NCBI GenBank assembly: GCA_963725865.1 | Contig: CAVSAC010000014.1 | Location: 64,001 to 128,000 of the forward strand | Direction of reading: 5' to 3' | Source: Candidatus Eiseniibacteriota bacterium | Lineage (GTDB): Bacteria > Eisenbacteria > RBG-16-71-46 | DNA: 64,000 nucleotides | Shown: one piece after another, positions 30,235-43,485 of the stretch | How the letters are laid out: every line of letters starts with the position of its first letter | Position numbering within the stretch: the stretch's first letter is position 1 | Notes under the pieces: model-generated | Told to the model about the DNA's origin: nothing | Databases searched by the model: none | Seen by the model: only the letters and a program-made list of their open reading frames with translations | Program-made: the position numbers and the translations under genes

Positions 30235-31155
30235 ATGCGCTTCACGATCTTCCAGGAATCGCGCAAGGGTTCGCGCACGGTCAACCAGGACCGCATCGCC
30301 TACACGTACAGCCGCGACACGCTGCTGCTCGTCGTGGCCGACGGGATGGGAGGCCACGCGGGCGGCGAGATCGCCGCGCAGATCGCGGTCCGGCTGTTCA
30401 TCGAGAGGTTTCAGCAGGAGGCGAAGCCCATCCTCAAGAGCCCGCTCACGTTCCTGCACGAGTCGATGGTCAAGGCGCACGCCGCGCTCGGTTCGTACTC
30501 GACGCAGTTCTCGATGCTGGAGACGCCGCGCACCACCTGCGTCGCGTGCATCGTGCAGGCGGGGTGCGCCTACTGGGCGCACGTCGGCGATTCGCGGCTC
30601 TCGCTTTTCCGGCAGGGCGCGCTCGTCAGCCAGACGAAGGACCATTCGAAGGTCCAGTACCTGATCGACCAGGGGATGATCGGCCAGACCGATGCGGCCG
30701 ACCATCCCGACCGCAACAAGATCTACAGCTGTCTCGGTGGCCTCGTCGACCCGGTGATCGACCTCGGCAACCGGACGCTCCTGAAGAACGGCGACATCAT
30801 CGTCATGTGCACGGACGGCCTGTGGGGCGCGGTCGGCAGCGATGAGATGGCGACGATGCTCACGTCGTCGCCGATCCTGAAGGCGGCGCCCGAGATGATG
30901 CGCGAAGCCGAGCGGCGCGGCGGCGCCGACGGCGATAACCTTTCGGCGATCGTCGTTCGCTGGGGTCCCGAGACCCTCGTCGACGAGCCGACGACGACGA
31001 TCACCGAGACGCTGGGCCTCGGGGAATTCGCCACGCACCTCGACCGGACGCTGTCGCTCGCCGACCGCAAGGGCACTGACCGCGACCTTTCGGACGACGA
31101 GATCGAGCGCGCGATCGACGAGATCCAGTCGACGATCCAGCGGTACCGGCGCTGA
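30235..31155 (+). CDS. PP2C-family Ser/Thr phosphatase
   Basis: NQD; VADGMGGH; HVGDSR; CTDGLW; DNLS. Confidence 0.94.
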   Translation: MRFTIFQESRKGSRTVNQDRIAYTYSRDTLLLVVADGMGGHAGGEIAAQIAVRLFIERFQQEAKPILKSPLTFLHESMVKAHAALGSYSTQFSMLETPRTTCVACIVQAGCAYWAHVGDSRLSLFRQGALVSQTKDHSKVQYLIDQGMIGQTDAADHPDRNKIYSCLGGLVDPVIDLGNRTLLKNGDIIVMCTDGLWGAVGSDEMATMLTSSPILKAAPEMMREAERRGGADGDNLSAIVVRWGPETLVDEPTTTITETLGLGEFATHLDRTLSLADRKGTDRDLSDDEIERAIDEIQSTIQRYRR

Positions 31156-31168
31156 GCGGGGGAGCCGG

Positions 31169-31913
31169 GTGCGCCAGATCGTCATCGACACCGAAACCAC
31201 CGGGCTCGATCCGAAGCAGGGTCATCGGATCATCGAGTTCGCCGCGCTGGAGCTCGTCGATCGCCGGGCCACGGGCGCGCCGTGCATTTCCGCGTCGATC
31301 CCGGAGCGCGAGATCGATGCCGGCGCGACCGAAGTGCACGGGATGACCTGGGAGGACCTCAAGGGAAAGCCCAGGTTTCGCGACGTCGCCGCGGAGTTCG
31401 TCGACTTCGCGCGCGGCGCCGACTGGATCATCCACAACGCGCCGTTCGACGTCGGCTTTCTCGACACCGAATTCCGGCTCGCGGCCGACTCCGACCTGCG
31501 CCGAGGTCTACGCAGGGCTGATCGACACGCTGGCGCTCGCGCGCGAGATGTTTCCCGGCAAGCGCAACAGCCTCGACGCGCTGTGCGAGCGCTTCGGCGT
31601 CGACAACGCGCATCGTTCGGTGCACGGCGCGCTCCTGGACGCGCAACTCCTCGCCGAGGTGTATCTCGCGATGACGCGCGGTCAGGAGACGCTGACGATC
31701 GACATGGCCGCGCCGTCGCCTCTCCGTGCGTGAAGGCGACGCAGGTGCGCGGGAGTCCGGCAGCGCGGGGCCGCGCCCGTCGGTGATGCGTGATCGAGCC
31801 GACGCCGGCCGAACTCGCGGCGCACGAGGACTACCTGGCGGCGCTCGACAGCGAGTCCGGTGGCCGCTGTCTCTGGCTGCGCTCGCTTCGCGCCGGTCCC
31901 GCCGGTCGCTTGA
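31169..31913 (+). CDS. dnaQ: DNA polymerase III epsilon subunit, frameshifted; 3' end approximate
   Basis: ExoI DTETTG; ExoII HNAPFD; ExoIII HGALLDA; C-terminal AMTRGQETL. Confidence 0.92.
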
Positions 31914-32020
31914 TCCCGTCGACGCGCGGCGTCGCGATCGCGCAGATTGCGCGCGTTCCGCGTCCGCGTGCTTTCCTGCTACGCTCGCGGGTTCCGTCCG
32001 CCCGCGATCCGCCATCCCCG

Positions 32021-33541
32021 ATGCCCGTCGACTACCTCCAGAAGATCCTGACCGCCAAGGTCTACGACGTGGCGATCGAGTCGCCGCTCGACCTCGCGCC
32101 CGTCGCTGTCGCGACGGCTCGGCAACCGCATCCTGCTGAAGCGCGAAGACCAGCAGCCGGTGTTCTCGTTCAAGCTGCGCGGCGCGTACAACAAGATGGC
32201 GCATCTGTCGGCCGCCGAGCGCGCGCGCGGCGTCATCGCGGCGTCCGCCGGCAATCACGCGCAGGGCGTCGCGCTCGCCGCGCAGCGAGCTCGGCTGCGC
32301 GGCGACGATCGTGATGCCGGTGACCACGCCGCACATCAAGATCGCGGCGGTCGAGGCGCGTGGCGCGAAGGTCGTACTGCATCGGCGACTCGTACAGCGA
32401 TGCGTATGCGCACGCGCTCACGCTGCAGAAGCGTTCGCGCGCGACGTTCGTGCACCCGTACGACGATCCCGACGTGATCGCCGGGCAGGGGACGGTCGGC
32501 ATGGAGATCCTGCGCCAGCGGCAGGGACCCATCGACGCGATCTTCGTCGCGGTCGGCGGCGGCGGGCTGATCAGCGGAATCGCCGCGTACGTGAAGCGCG
32601 TGCGGCCCGACATCAAGGTGATCGGCGTGCAGCCCGAGGACTCGGACGCGATGGCGCGCTCGCTGGCCGCCGGCCGCCGCGTCAAGCTCGCGCACGTCGG
32701 GCTGTTCGCCGACGGCGTCGCGGTCAAGCAGGTCGGCAAGGAGACGTTCCGCCTCGCGCAGCAGTACGTCGACGAGATCGTGCTCGTCGACACCGACGCG
32801 ACGTGCGCGGCGCTGAAGGACGTGTTCGAGGACACGCGGTCCATCCTCGAGCCGGCCGGCGCGCTGTCGATCGCCGGCGCGAAGGCCTGGATCGAGCGGC
32901 ATCGGACGAAGGACCGCACGTACGTCGCGATCGCCTGCGGCGCCAACATGAACTTCGATCGGCTGCGCTTCGTGGCCGAGCGCGCCGAGCTGGGCGAAGC
33001 AGCGCGAGGCGGTGCTCGCGGTGACGATTCCCGAGCAGCCGGGCAGCTTCCGCGAGTTCTGCCGGCTGCTCGGCAAGCGCTCGGTCACGGAGTTCAACTA
33101 TCGCTACGCCGATCCGCGCGTCGCGCACATCTTCGTCGGCATCGAGGTCGCGAACCGCCGCGAGACCGATCAGCTGCTCGCGCGAGTTCCGGCGGCGCAG
33201 GATCGAGGCGATCGACCTCTCCGACAACGAGATGGCGAAGCTGCACGTCCGGCACCTGGTCGGCGGGCACGCGCCGTCGGCGAAGAACGAGATCCTCTAT
33301 CGCTTCGAATTCCCGGAACGGCCCGGCGCGCTGATGAAGTTCCTGAACAGCATGAGCCGCGGCTGGAACATCAGCCTCTTCCACTACCGCAACCACGGCG
33401 CCGACTACGGCCGCGTGCTGGTCGGCATGCAGGTGCCGCCGTCGGACAAGGGCGAATTCCGCATCGTTTCTCGACCGGCTGGGCTACGACTGCGTCGAGG
33501 AGACCGCGAATCCGGCGTACCGGATGTTTCTCGGCCGCTGA
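32021..33541 (+). CDS. ilvA: Biosynthetic threonine deaminase, frameshifted
   Basis: [48 protein letters not shown]. Confidence 0.96.
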
Positions 33542-33854
33542 AGCGCGTCCCCGGGGGCGCTGCGGGCGGGCTGCGGCGCCGCGGCCGCCGCCGCTCGCGC
33601 GGGACCCCGGGGCCGCCGGCGGGGTCGGACCGCGACAGCGACGCCCGAGGGCAGGGTAGTGCCCCTGCGCGTCAGCCGCGTCCGACGAAAACTTGCCGGG
33701 CCGCGAGCGAATGCGCGAATTCCGCTGCCGATGCCGATTCAGGCAAAGTTTATGCTCTAGGCAACCGGCTGCGCCCATGGCAAACTTGCCCGCGAACTCA
33801 GTCTGTGGCCCACAATTTGCTGGTCTGAAACGACGGGTCGCGAAGAGGAAAAGC

Positions 33855-34285
33855 ATGGTGCCGGAGCCAAATCCGCTGTCGGGCGTCAAGGTGATGGTGA
33901 TCGACGACTCGAACACCATCCGCCGCAGCGCCGAGATCTTCCTGCTGCAGGCGGGGTGCGACGGTGATCCTGGCCGAGGACGGCTTCGACGCGCTCGCCA
34001 AGATCGCCGATCACCAGCCCGATCTCGTCTTCGTCGACATCATGATGCCGCGGCTGGACGGTTACCAGACGTGCGCGCTCATCAAGAAGAACGCGAAGTT
34101 CCAGTGCGACGCCGGTGATCATGCTGTCGTCGAAGGACGGCCTGTTCGACCGGGCGCGGGGCCGGATGGTCGGGTCGGACCAGTACCTGACCAAGCCGTT
34201 CACGAAGGAAAGCCTGCTGAAGGCGGTCGCGACGCACGTGGTCCGCCCGGCGGCATCGGGAGCGCCCGCGCCCGCCGCCGCCTGA
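33855..34285 (+). CDS. pilG: Twitching-motility response regulator PilG, frameshifted
   Basis: KVMVIDDSNTIRRSAEIFL...VDIMMPRLDGYQTCALIK...LSSKDGLFDRARG. Confidence 0.94.
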
Positions 34286-34324
34286 CGCGGCGCCGCCTCA
34301 CGACCGCAACGCGCAGCCGCAGCC

Positions 34325-34692
34325 ATGACGATCAAGAGAATACTCGTCGTCGACGATTCGCCGACCGAACGGCATGTCCTGAACGACATGCTGACCAAGG
34401 CCGGCTACGAGGTCGTGCGCCTGCGACAAGCGGCGAGGACGCCATCGTCAAGGCGAAGCAGATCAGGCCGGACCTGATCCTCATGGACGTCGTCATGCCC
34501 GGCCTCAACGGCTTCCAGGCGACGCGCGCGATCAGCCGCGACGCGGACACCAAGAACATTCCGATCGTGCTCTGCACGTCGAAGAGCCAGGAGACCGACA
34601 AGATCTGGGGGATGCGCCAGGGCGCGCGCGATTACGTCGTGAAGCCCGTCAACCGGGATGAGCTCCTCGCGAAGATCGCCGCACTGAGCTGA
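34325..34692 (+). CDS. pilH: Response regulator PilH, frameshifted
   Basis: [10 protein letters not shown]...[15 protein letters not shown]...[13 protein letters not shown]. Confidence 0.94.
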
Positions 34693-34717
34693 TCGCCAAC
34701 CGACCATTCCCCCGACG

Positions 34718-35249
34718 ATGGCCCGCACCGCCCGCATCGACCTGCAGTCGTTTCAGCAGGAGCTGGCGAACCGCCTCGCGAGCAAGACCGCCGCGCAGGT
34801 CGAATCGTCGCGGCTCGGGCTCGCGTGCGGCGGCGAGCGGTGGCTCATTCGGCTCGTCGACGCAGCGGAAGTGGTTGCGGTGCCGCCGATCGCCGGCGGT
34901 GCCGCTGACGCAGCCCTGGTTTCTCGGTCTCGCGAACATCCGCGGCAACCTGTACAGCGTCGTCGACTTCGCGGGCTTCATCGGGCGCGAGGCCGTCATC
35001 CCGCACGGCACCGGCGGCCAGAGCCGGCTGATCCTGTTCGGGCCCCGCGCCGGCGATCTCAGGGTCGGCATCGTCGTGCAGAGCGTGCTCGGCCTTCGCA
35101 ACGTCGCGGAGCTCGCGCCGACGTCGCCGGACGCGGATGCGCCGGCGTGGTACGGCCAGCGCTGGATCGACGCCGAAGGCGGCGCCTGGCAGGAGATCGA
35201 CCTCGCCCGGCTCGTCGAGGATCCCGCGTTTCTGCGCGTCGGCCTTTGA
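34718..35249 (+). CDS. pilI: CheW-like adaptor PilI, frameshifted
   Basis: VPLTQPWFLGLANIRGNLYSVVD; position between pilH and pilJ. Confidence 0.9.
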
Positions 35250-35317
35250 TCGAGGTGACGCGATGAAGAGACCGATCGTTCGGACCGACGCGTGACCACG
35301 TGTCATCTGGAGGAAAC

Positions 35318-37506
35318 ATGGCGATGGGACTGAAGCTCCCGAAGCTCGTCGGCGCCGACGCGGGACGTCGGCCACGTCGGCAGGCATCGGAGATGCCGAC
35401 GACGCAGGTCCGCGCCGCGGACGAGGCGCGGGGCTACGATCCGCTGGCCTCCGCGTCGCTGGTCGAGCAGATGCACGCCGCGATGACGGAAACGAAGATG
35501 CCGAGGAAGGTGCCGCTGGTCGGTCACCTTCCGATCGTCCGCCAGTTCCAGGTCCTCGGCGTGCTGCTGGTGACGTTCCTCGTGTTCGCCGTGCTCGATC
35601 ATGTTCCTCGACGTCCGGACCGCGTCGCAGGCCACCGCGTCGGCGGCGACCGCGACCGAAATGCAGATGCTGTCGCAGCGGCTCGCGCGCGGCACCGCGC
35701 TGGCGTCGCAGGGCCAGGCCGCGGCGTTCGCGGCGATCAAGGACAGCCGCGAGCGCTTCAAGGCGGACCTCGACGCGCTGCAGCGCGGCGGCGACCGTCA
35801 AGGGCGTAGCGCTCGACGTCGTGCAGGACGAAACGCTGAACGGGCTCCTGCAGGACATCAAGGCGCGCTGGGATCGCGTCGACGCGAATACGGAGCGCAT
35901 GCTCGACAATCGGCAGAGCCTGACCGAGCCTCGCGAACGGCATCGGCGACGATCACGCAGGGCGGCGAATCGCATCGGCGACGCGGCGCGCCAGGTGGCG
36001 CAGTCGGGCGCGGGCGCGCGCGAGGCCGAGCACGCGAACCAGCTCGCCGCGCTCTCGCAGCGGATCGCGAAGAGTGCCGTCGCCCTCGTCTCGGCCGCCG
36101 AGGTCGATCCCGACGTCGCGGTCGCTGCTCGGCAAGGACGCCGGCAGCGTTCCGCGACGAGCGCTGACCGGGCGTCGCTCGCGGGCCGCGGCCCGGCGAC
36201 GACGCGCGCGGGCCGCTGGCCGAGATCGCGAAGCAGGCGACCGCCTTCGACGCCGGCGTCACCGCGGTCGCGCAGAACATGAATCGGCTCGTCGTCGGCC
36301 AAGCAGGCGGCGCGCAGCGTCGAACAACGAAGCCGAGGCACTGCTCGCGGACACGACCCGGCTCGCCGAGCTCTACGAAGGCAGCGGCAAGTCGCGGGTA
36401 CCGCTCTGGATCGCCATCGCCTTCGCCCTGCTCGCGCTGGGCACGCTGCTGTTGCTGGGCAAGGTGTTCCTCGACGACGCGCGCGTGCGCGCCTTCGAGA
36501 GCGAGCAGGAGAACAAGCGCAACCAGGAGGCGATCCTCCGGTTGCTGAACGAGATGGGCAACCTCGCCGACGGCGATCTCACCGTCCAGGCGTCGGTGAC
36601 CGAGGACGTGACCGGCGCCATCGCCGACTCGATCAACTTCACGATCGAGGAGCTGCGCACGCTGGTCAAGGGCATCAACTCGGCGACCGACCAGGTGACG
36701 CAAGGCGACGCAGGACGCGCAGGCGATCTCGAACCGGCTGTACGAGGCCTCGCAGCGCCAGAATCGCGAGATCCAGCAGGCGTCGGGGTCCGTGCTGCAG
36801 ATGGCGCAGTCGATCAGCGAGGTGTCGCAGTCGGCCGGGACAGTCCGCGAAGGTCGCCCAGCAGTCGCTGGCGGCGGCCGAGAAGGGCGCGCAATCGGTG
36901 CAGAACCAGATTGCCGGCATGAACGAGATCCGCGCGCAGATCCAGGACACGTCGAAGCGCATCAAGCGCCTCGGCGAATCGTCGCTCGAGATCGGCGAGA
37001 TCGTGGAGCTCATTTCGGACATCACCGAGCAGACGAACATCCTGGCACTGAACGCGGCGATCCAGGCGGCGTCGGCCGGCGAGGCCGGTCGCGGCTTCAC
37101 CGTGGTGGCCGAGGAGGTCCAGCGGCTCGCCGAGCGCTCGGGCGAGGCGACGAAGCAGATCGACGCGATCGTCAAGACGATCCAGGCGGACACGCAGGAC
37201 GCCGTCGCGGCGATGGAGAAGTCGACGGTCGGCGTCGTCGAAGGCACCAAGCTGTCCGATGCCGCGGGGCAGGCGCTGGAGGAGATCCGGCGCGTCTCGC
37301 GCGAGCTCGCCGCGCTCATCGGCGGCATCTCGGCGCAGACGCAGAAGCAGTCGGTCTCGGTGACCGACGTGACGCGCGGCATGCAGGGCATCCTGCAGAT
37401 CACCGAGGAGACGACCGAGGGGACGAAACAGACGAACGTTTCGATCGGACAACTGACCAGGCTCGCCGCCGAGCTGCGCAGCTCGGTGGCCGGCTTCAAG
37501 GTCTGA
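35318..37506 (+). CDS. pilJ: Methyl-accepting chemotaxis protein PilJ, frameshifted
   Basis: [12 protein letters not shown]...[47 protein letters not shown]. Confidence 0.94.
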
Positions 37507-37575
37507 TGCGCCGACGCAGAATGCCGCGCCCGCGATGATCCCCGGGGCGCAGCGAACCCGACGAACCCGACCCCC

Positions 37576-40500
37576 ATGCTCGCCCAAACTTCCGAGTCCA
37601 ACACCGCCCGCGTTCGACGCGGGCCCGCTGTCCTGGGTGCACGGCGAGATCGGCCAGTCTCTCGCGCGGGGGCTCGAAGCTGCTCGCCGCATTCGGGGCG
37701 GCACCGTCGGATCCCGCGCCGCTCAGGCAGGCGCGCAGCCATGTCCACCAGGCGGCCGGGCGCGATCCAGATGGTTGGGCTGGACGCCGTCGCCGTGTAC
37801 ACCGACGAGATCGAGCGCCAGCTCGCGCGGCTCGAGGAGCCGCGACCGGATGGAGTCGCGCCGAGTGCGCCGTCGTCGATCGCGCGTGCCGCAAGCTCGG
37901 AATCTTCCTCGACGAGCTGGTCGGGGGTGCGCCGCCCGTTCCGCTGGTGCTGTTCCCCGAGTACGACGCGATGCAGCGCGCGCGCGGCGTGAAGGCGGCA
38001 GCGCCCGACCGACCTGTTCTTTCCCGGACCTCGAACTGCGCGCACCGGTGCGCGAGGCACCGGAGGCCCTGCCGGCGGGCGAGCTCGCCTCGCACCTCGT
38101 CAACCAGCGACGCCGTTACCAGCGCGGGCTGCTCGCGTTCCTTCGCGGCGACGCCCAAGGCGCACGCCGGATGCGCGACGCCGTCGCCGGGATCGAGCGG
38201 GTCAGCACGCGGCAGAGCGCGCGGACGTTCTGGTGGACCGCCACGGCGTTCTTCGACGCGATCATCGAGCGTGGCCTCGAGGCCGGCTTCGGACCGAAGC
38301 AGCTCGCGGCGCGCATCGACCTCCAGATCCGCCGCGTCGTCGAAGGATCGTCGAAGGTCGCCGACCGGCTTCGGCGCGAGGTGCTCTACTACGTCGCAGT
38401 CAGTGCTCCGGTCGCGCCGTCGGTGCAGGCCGTGCAGAACGCCTACGCGCTCGCGGCGCTGATCCCATCGGCCGAGGTGCTGAACGCGGACGTCGTCCGC
38501 CTGCAGCCGATCCTGCGGGACGCGCGCGAGCAGCTCGCCACGGCGAAGGACATGTGGATCAAGGTCACGACCGGCCGCGCGGAAAGCCTGCCGAAGCTCA
38601 AGCAGATGCTCGCCGCCGTGCATGCGGACGCCGTCGAGATCGGCAACCGCGCGTTGACGAAACTCACCGCTTCGCTCGTCGCGCGGCTGGACAGCATGCC
38701 GCCGTCGGGCAACGTGTCCGAGCCGCTGGCGATGGAGTACGCGACGGGCATGCTGCTCGCCGAGAGTGCCGTCGAGAATTACGGCAAGCTGTCGAAGGAG
38801 TTCCCCAGGCAGGTTGACGCGATGATGGCGCGTCTCGACGCGGCTCAGGCATCGCGCCCCATCCCCGCCGCCACGGCACCGATCCTCGACGAAATGTTCC
38901 GGCGCGCGCACGAGCGCGTCCTGCTGACTCAGGTCGCCCGCGAGATCCAGGCAAACCTGCGGCGCATGGAACAGGTGCTCGACGCGTTTTTCCGCGACCA
39001 CACGAAGCGGGCCGACCTCGGGACGCTTTCCAAGGACAGCCAGCAGATCCGCGGCGCGCTCAGGATGCTCGCGCAGGACGACGCGGAGCGCCTGCTCGGG
39101 CTCTGCCAGGAGCAGATCGACAGCTACGGAAATCCGGACGCGGAGATCGATGGCGAGGACCTGGAGCTGCTCGCGGAATCGCTGTCGGGCCTCGGCTTCT
39201 ACGTCGAGGCGATGGAGCAGCAGCGGCCGGATCGGCAGCGGCTCATCGCGCCCCTGCTGGCCAAGCGCCTTGGCGAGGCTTCCGCCCCGCAGTTCGACCG
39301 GAGTGCCGAGACCGTCGAGCAGGCGGTCGAGGAGCTGCGCAACGCGCTACCCGCACTCGTCGCCGAAGTCCATCGCGCCCCGGCGGATGCGGCTGCGCGG
39401 GATTTGCTGAAGGCGCGGCTCGACGACCTCCTGAACGACGCGAAGCTCATCGACGACAGCGAGCTCGTCGCGCAGGCGGAAGGCGGCGCTGGCGGAGCTC
39501 AAGGCCGGCGGCACCGCTGCGCTGGCGGCCGCCGTCACGGCGATCGCTGAGAGCGGCGCCGCGGTTTCGGCACCGGCACCAGCCATCTCGGAAGAGACGC
39601 AGCGCCTGCTCGCGACCGACGCCACGGGTCTCGACGCCGAGCTCCTCGACATCTACCTGACCGAAGCCGCCGACGTCCTCGACGCAATCGCGGCCTGCCG
39701 CCGCGAGCTCGAGGGGAACCCTGGCGACCGCGAGGCGCTGCGCACGGCGCGCCGCCAGTTCCACACGCTGAAAGGCAGCGGACGGATGGTCGGATTGACC
39801 GAGCTCGGCGAGCACGCGTACGACGTCGAGAAGATCCACAATCGCCTGCTCGAGGAGGAGCGCACGGTGACGCCGGCGGTGCTCGCGATGATCGACGTTG
39901 CCGAGTCCGAATTCCGGCATTGGATCGCCCTGCTCAAGGACACCGGCCACGTCGCCGCCAATCCGGCGAAGCTCCACGCTGCGATCGCCGCGGTCGAGGC
40001 GGAGCTCCCGTCCGCGGCCGAGCCCGTGGTCCCGGCGCCCGCGTCGGCGGAGGTCGCGCCGGCGCAGAGCGTGGCGATTCCGGAGGTCGACAGAGCGCCG
40101 CCGGAGAATGTCGAGCTGCCCGAGCTGGACAGTGACTCCGTGCAGATGGTCGACCTGCCAGAGCTCGGCGGCGCCCCCGCCGGAGCGCCGTCGCCGGCTG
40201 CGGACTGGGTCGATGACGCTGAAGCCGGTGGTGACGGCGGCGCCGACATCATCGAGGTCGCGCCGAGCGGCGACGTGCGTGGGGCGGCCGCGGCGGAGCC
40301 GGTGGCCGTCACGCCCCCCCAATCCGTCAGGGTCGGCGATGTCAGCCTGTCGCCGGAGCTCTACGCGGTGCTGGTCGACGAGGCGGATGCGCATCTCGCG
40401 ACACTCGCGCACGAGTTGTCGTTGTTGCAGTTCGACCCGACGGAGTTGCCCTCCGCCGCGATGGTGCGCGCGAGCCACACGCTCTGCGGCATCCACCGCA

Positions 40501-43357
40501 CAAGCGGCTTGCCGCTCATCGCGTTGACCGCGAAGTCGCTCGAGCAGTGCCTGCTCGCGCTGCAGCAAACGGCGGGGCCGCGTCCGGAATCGGCGCTGCC
40601 GGTCCTGGCGGGCGCGGTGCAGGGCCTGGGCGAATTCGTAGGACGGGTAAAGGCGCGCGCGGCCTTCAATGCGACGGATTCGGCGAAGGCTGCGGAAATC
40701 CAGCTGGAGCTGGAAGCGCTCAAGAGGGCCGCGATCACCGAGACCGCCCCCGTCGACGCCGAAGCGCAGGCGGCACGCGAGTTCGCCGACGGCGAATCTG
40801 CGGTCCCGAGCCCGCCGGCTCCCGCGCCCGTCGCGGTGTCTCCGCCTCCCGAAATCGCCGTGGCTCCGCCCGCCGAAGCCGTGGCCCCCCCCGCGGCAGA
40901 GATCGCGGTGCCGGCCACCGTGAGCCCGCCCTCGCCGACGGCGCATGCGCAATACCCCGCGCACGCTGCAGCGGAGTCCGCCCCCGAATCGCCCCAGGGG
41001 GTGCTCGCCGACATCCGCGACGACGTCGACGAGCAGGTGCTGCCGATCTTTCTCGAGGAAGCGGCAGAGCTCTATCCGCAGGCCGGCGAGCAGGTGCGCG
41101 CATGGCGCCGCACCCCGGGCGACCTCGTCGGCGCGCGCCAGCTTCGCCGGACGCTGCACACGTTCAAGGGCAGCGCGCGGATGGCAGGCGCGATGCGCCT
41201 GGGCGAACTCGCGCACCTGATGGAATCGCGCATGTCGACCGAGGATGCGCTGGTCGCCGCGACGCCGGAGTTGTTCGAGGCGCTCGACTCGGACCTCGAT
41301 CGAATCGGGTACGTGCTCGACGCATTGCGCAAGGGCAGGACGAACGTCGAGTTGCCCGAGCCCGCGGAATCGCCGGTGGCCGCGGCAGCTGGAGCTGCAT
41401 CTGCGCCGTCGGTGGAGCACGTCGGTCCCGCGCGAGCGCTGGCCGGAGCGGAAAGGTCCGTCGTCGTGCCGCTTCCCGCGCCGGCGGCGCCGTCGCCTGC
41501 CGTGGGCGAAGCCGCGGAGGTCGAGACCGGCGCCTATGCGATGCTGCGCGTGCGCGCCGACATCATCGACCGCCTCGTCAACGAGGCCGGCGAAGTTGCG
41601 ATCACGCGCGCGCGCATCGAAAGCGAGCTGCGCGCGCTGAAGGCGAACCTGCTCGAGCTCACGGGCAGCGTCGTACGGCTGCGCACGCAGGTGCGCGAAA
41701 TCGAGATTCAGGCCGAGTCGCAGATCCAGTCACGGCTGCTGCAGGTGGGCGAAGGCGACGAAGGCTTCGATCCGCTCGAGTTCGACCGCTACACGCGCTT
41801 CCAGGAGCTCGCGCGCTCGCTCGCCGAAGGCGTCAACGACGTGTCGACGGTACAGCAGTCGCTGCTGCGCAACCTCGACGTCACCGACGCCGCGCTCATC
41901 TCGCAGGCACGCCTGTCGCGCGACGTCGCGCAGCAGCTCTTCTCGATCCGCACGGTGCCGTTCGGCAGCCTGTCGGAGCGGCTGTACCGGATCCTGCGCG
42001 GCACCGCCAAGGAGCTCGACAAGCGCGCCAATCTCGAGATCGGCGGCGCGCAGACCGAGCTCGACCGGTCGGTGCTGGAAAAGCTCGTCGGCCCGCTCGA
42101 GCACCTGCTGCGCAATGCGCTCGACCACGGCATCGAGCCGCGCGATGTTCGCGCCAGGGCCGGCAAGTCCGAGACCGGCGAGATCACGCTGACCGTGCGC
42201 CAGGTCGGCAACGAGATCGCGATCGAGCTCGCCGACGACGGCGCGGGCCTCGACCTCGACCGGATCCGTGCCAAGGCGATCGCGCAGGGACGGATCACCG
42301 CCGACGCGCAGCCGACCGACGAGCAGCTGATCGCGTACATCTTCGAGCCGGGATTCTCGACGGCGGCGAAGGTCACGCAGGTCTCGGGGCGCGGCATCGG
42401 CATGGACGTCGTGCGCGCCGAGATCGCCGAGCTGGGCGGCCGCGTCGAGGTGTCGACGCGGGCCGGCAAGGGCACGACGTTCAAGCTGTACCTGCCGCTG
42501 ACGCTGGCCGTGGCGCAGGCGGTGCTCGTGCGCGCCGGCGGCCGGCTTTGGGCGCTGCCGGCGCCGATGGTCGAGAAGGTCCAGCAGCTGAAGCCCGAGG
42601 CGCTCGTCGAGCTCTACGTGCAGCGCCGCGTCGAGTGGCAGGGCGTGAGCTATCCGTTCCACTACCTGCCCCGGCTGCTCGGCGATCGCGAGCAGATTCC
42701 GGAGTCGACGCGCACCAACGCCGTGCTGCTGCTGCGCAGCGGACAGAGCGTTGCCGCCGTGCACGTCGACGAGATGATCGGCAACCAGGAAGTCGTGGTG
42801 AAGAACATCGGGCCGCAGCTCGCGCGGGTGTCCGGCATCGCCGGCGCGACGGTGCTCGGCACCGGCGAGATCGTGCTGATCATCAATCCGGTGCAGCTCG
42901 CGCAGCGCGCGGACGTGCCGGTGTACGAGCCGGACGCAGAGCGGATCGCGCCGGAGGTGCCGAGGATTGCCGTCGTGCAGGCCGGGCGGCCGCTGGTGAT
43001 GATCGTCGACGACTCGCTGACCGTGCGCCGCATCACGAGCCGGCTGCTGACGCGCGAGGGCTTCGATGTCGTCACCGCGAAGGACGGCATCGACGCGCTC
43101 GAGCTGCTGCAGACGGAAGCGCCCGACGTGATCCTGCTCGACATCGAAATGCCGCGAATGGACGGCTTCGAGTTCACCAAGAAGATCAAGGCGATGCGAA
43201 GACCTCCACGATCCCGATCGTGATGATCACGTCGCGCACGGCGGAGAAGCACCGCAACCTCGCCAGGGAGCTCGGTGTCGAGCTCTACCTCGGCAAGCCT
43301 TTCCAGGAAGACGAGCTGCTCACGCACCTGCGCGAGATGCTGGCGTTGACGCCCTAG
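37576..43357 (+). CDS. chpA: CheA-like hybrid kinase ChpA/PilL (Hpt domains, HATPase, CheW, REC), frameshifted
   Basis: Hpt HTLKGSGRM and HTFKGSARM; EHLLRNALDHGIE; SGRGIGMDVV; C-terminal REC VDDS...LLDIEMPRMDG. Confidence 0.93.
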
Positions 43358-43485
43358 CGGCGCACTCCCGCACCCGAATATTGCCCTTCGTCAAAGGCCG
43401 CCCGGGCCCGAAGGTTGGCGGGCGCGCCGTGGCACCGGCGGCCCCCGGTATAATTTGCCCGAACATCCACGGGGGAGGTCATCGC

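Noticed and set aside
22100..37500. Mass pseudogenisation or programmed frameshifting
   Set aside because: Indels hit essential genes at scattered positions while motifs stay intact, which fits sequencing error
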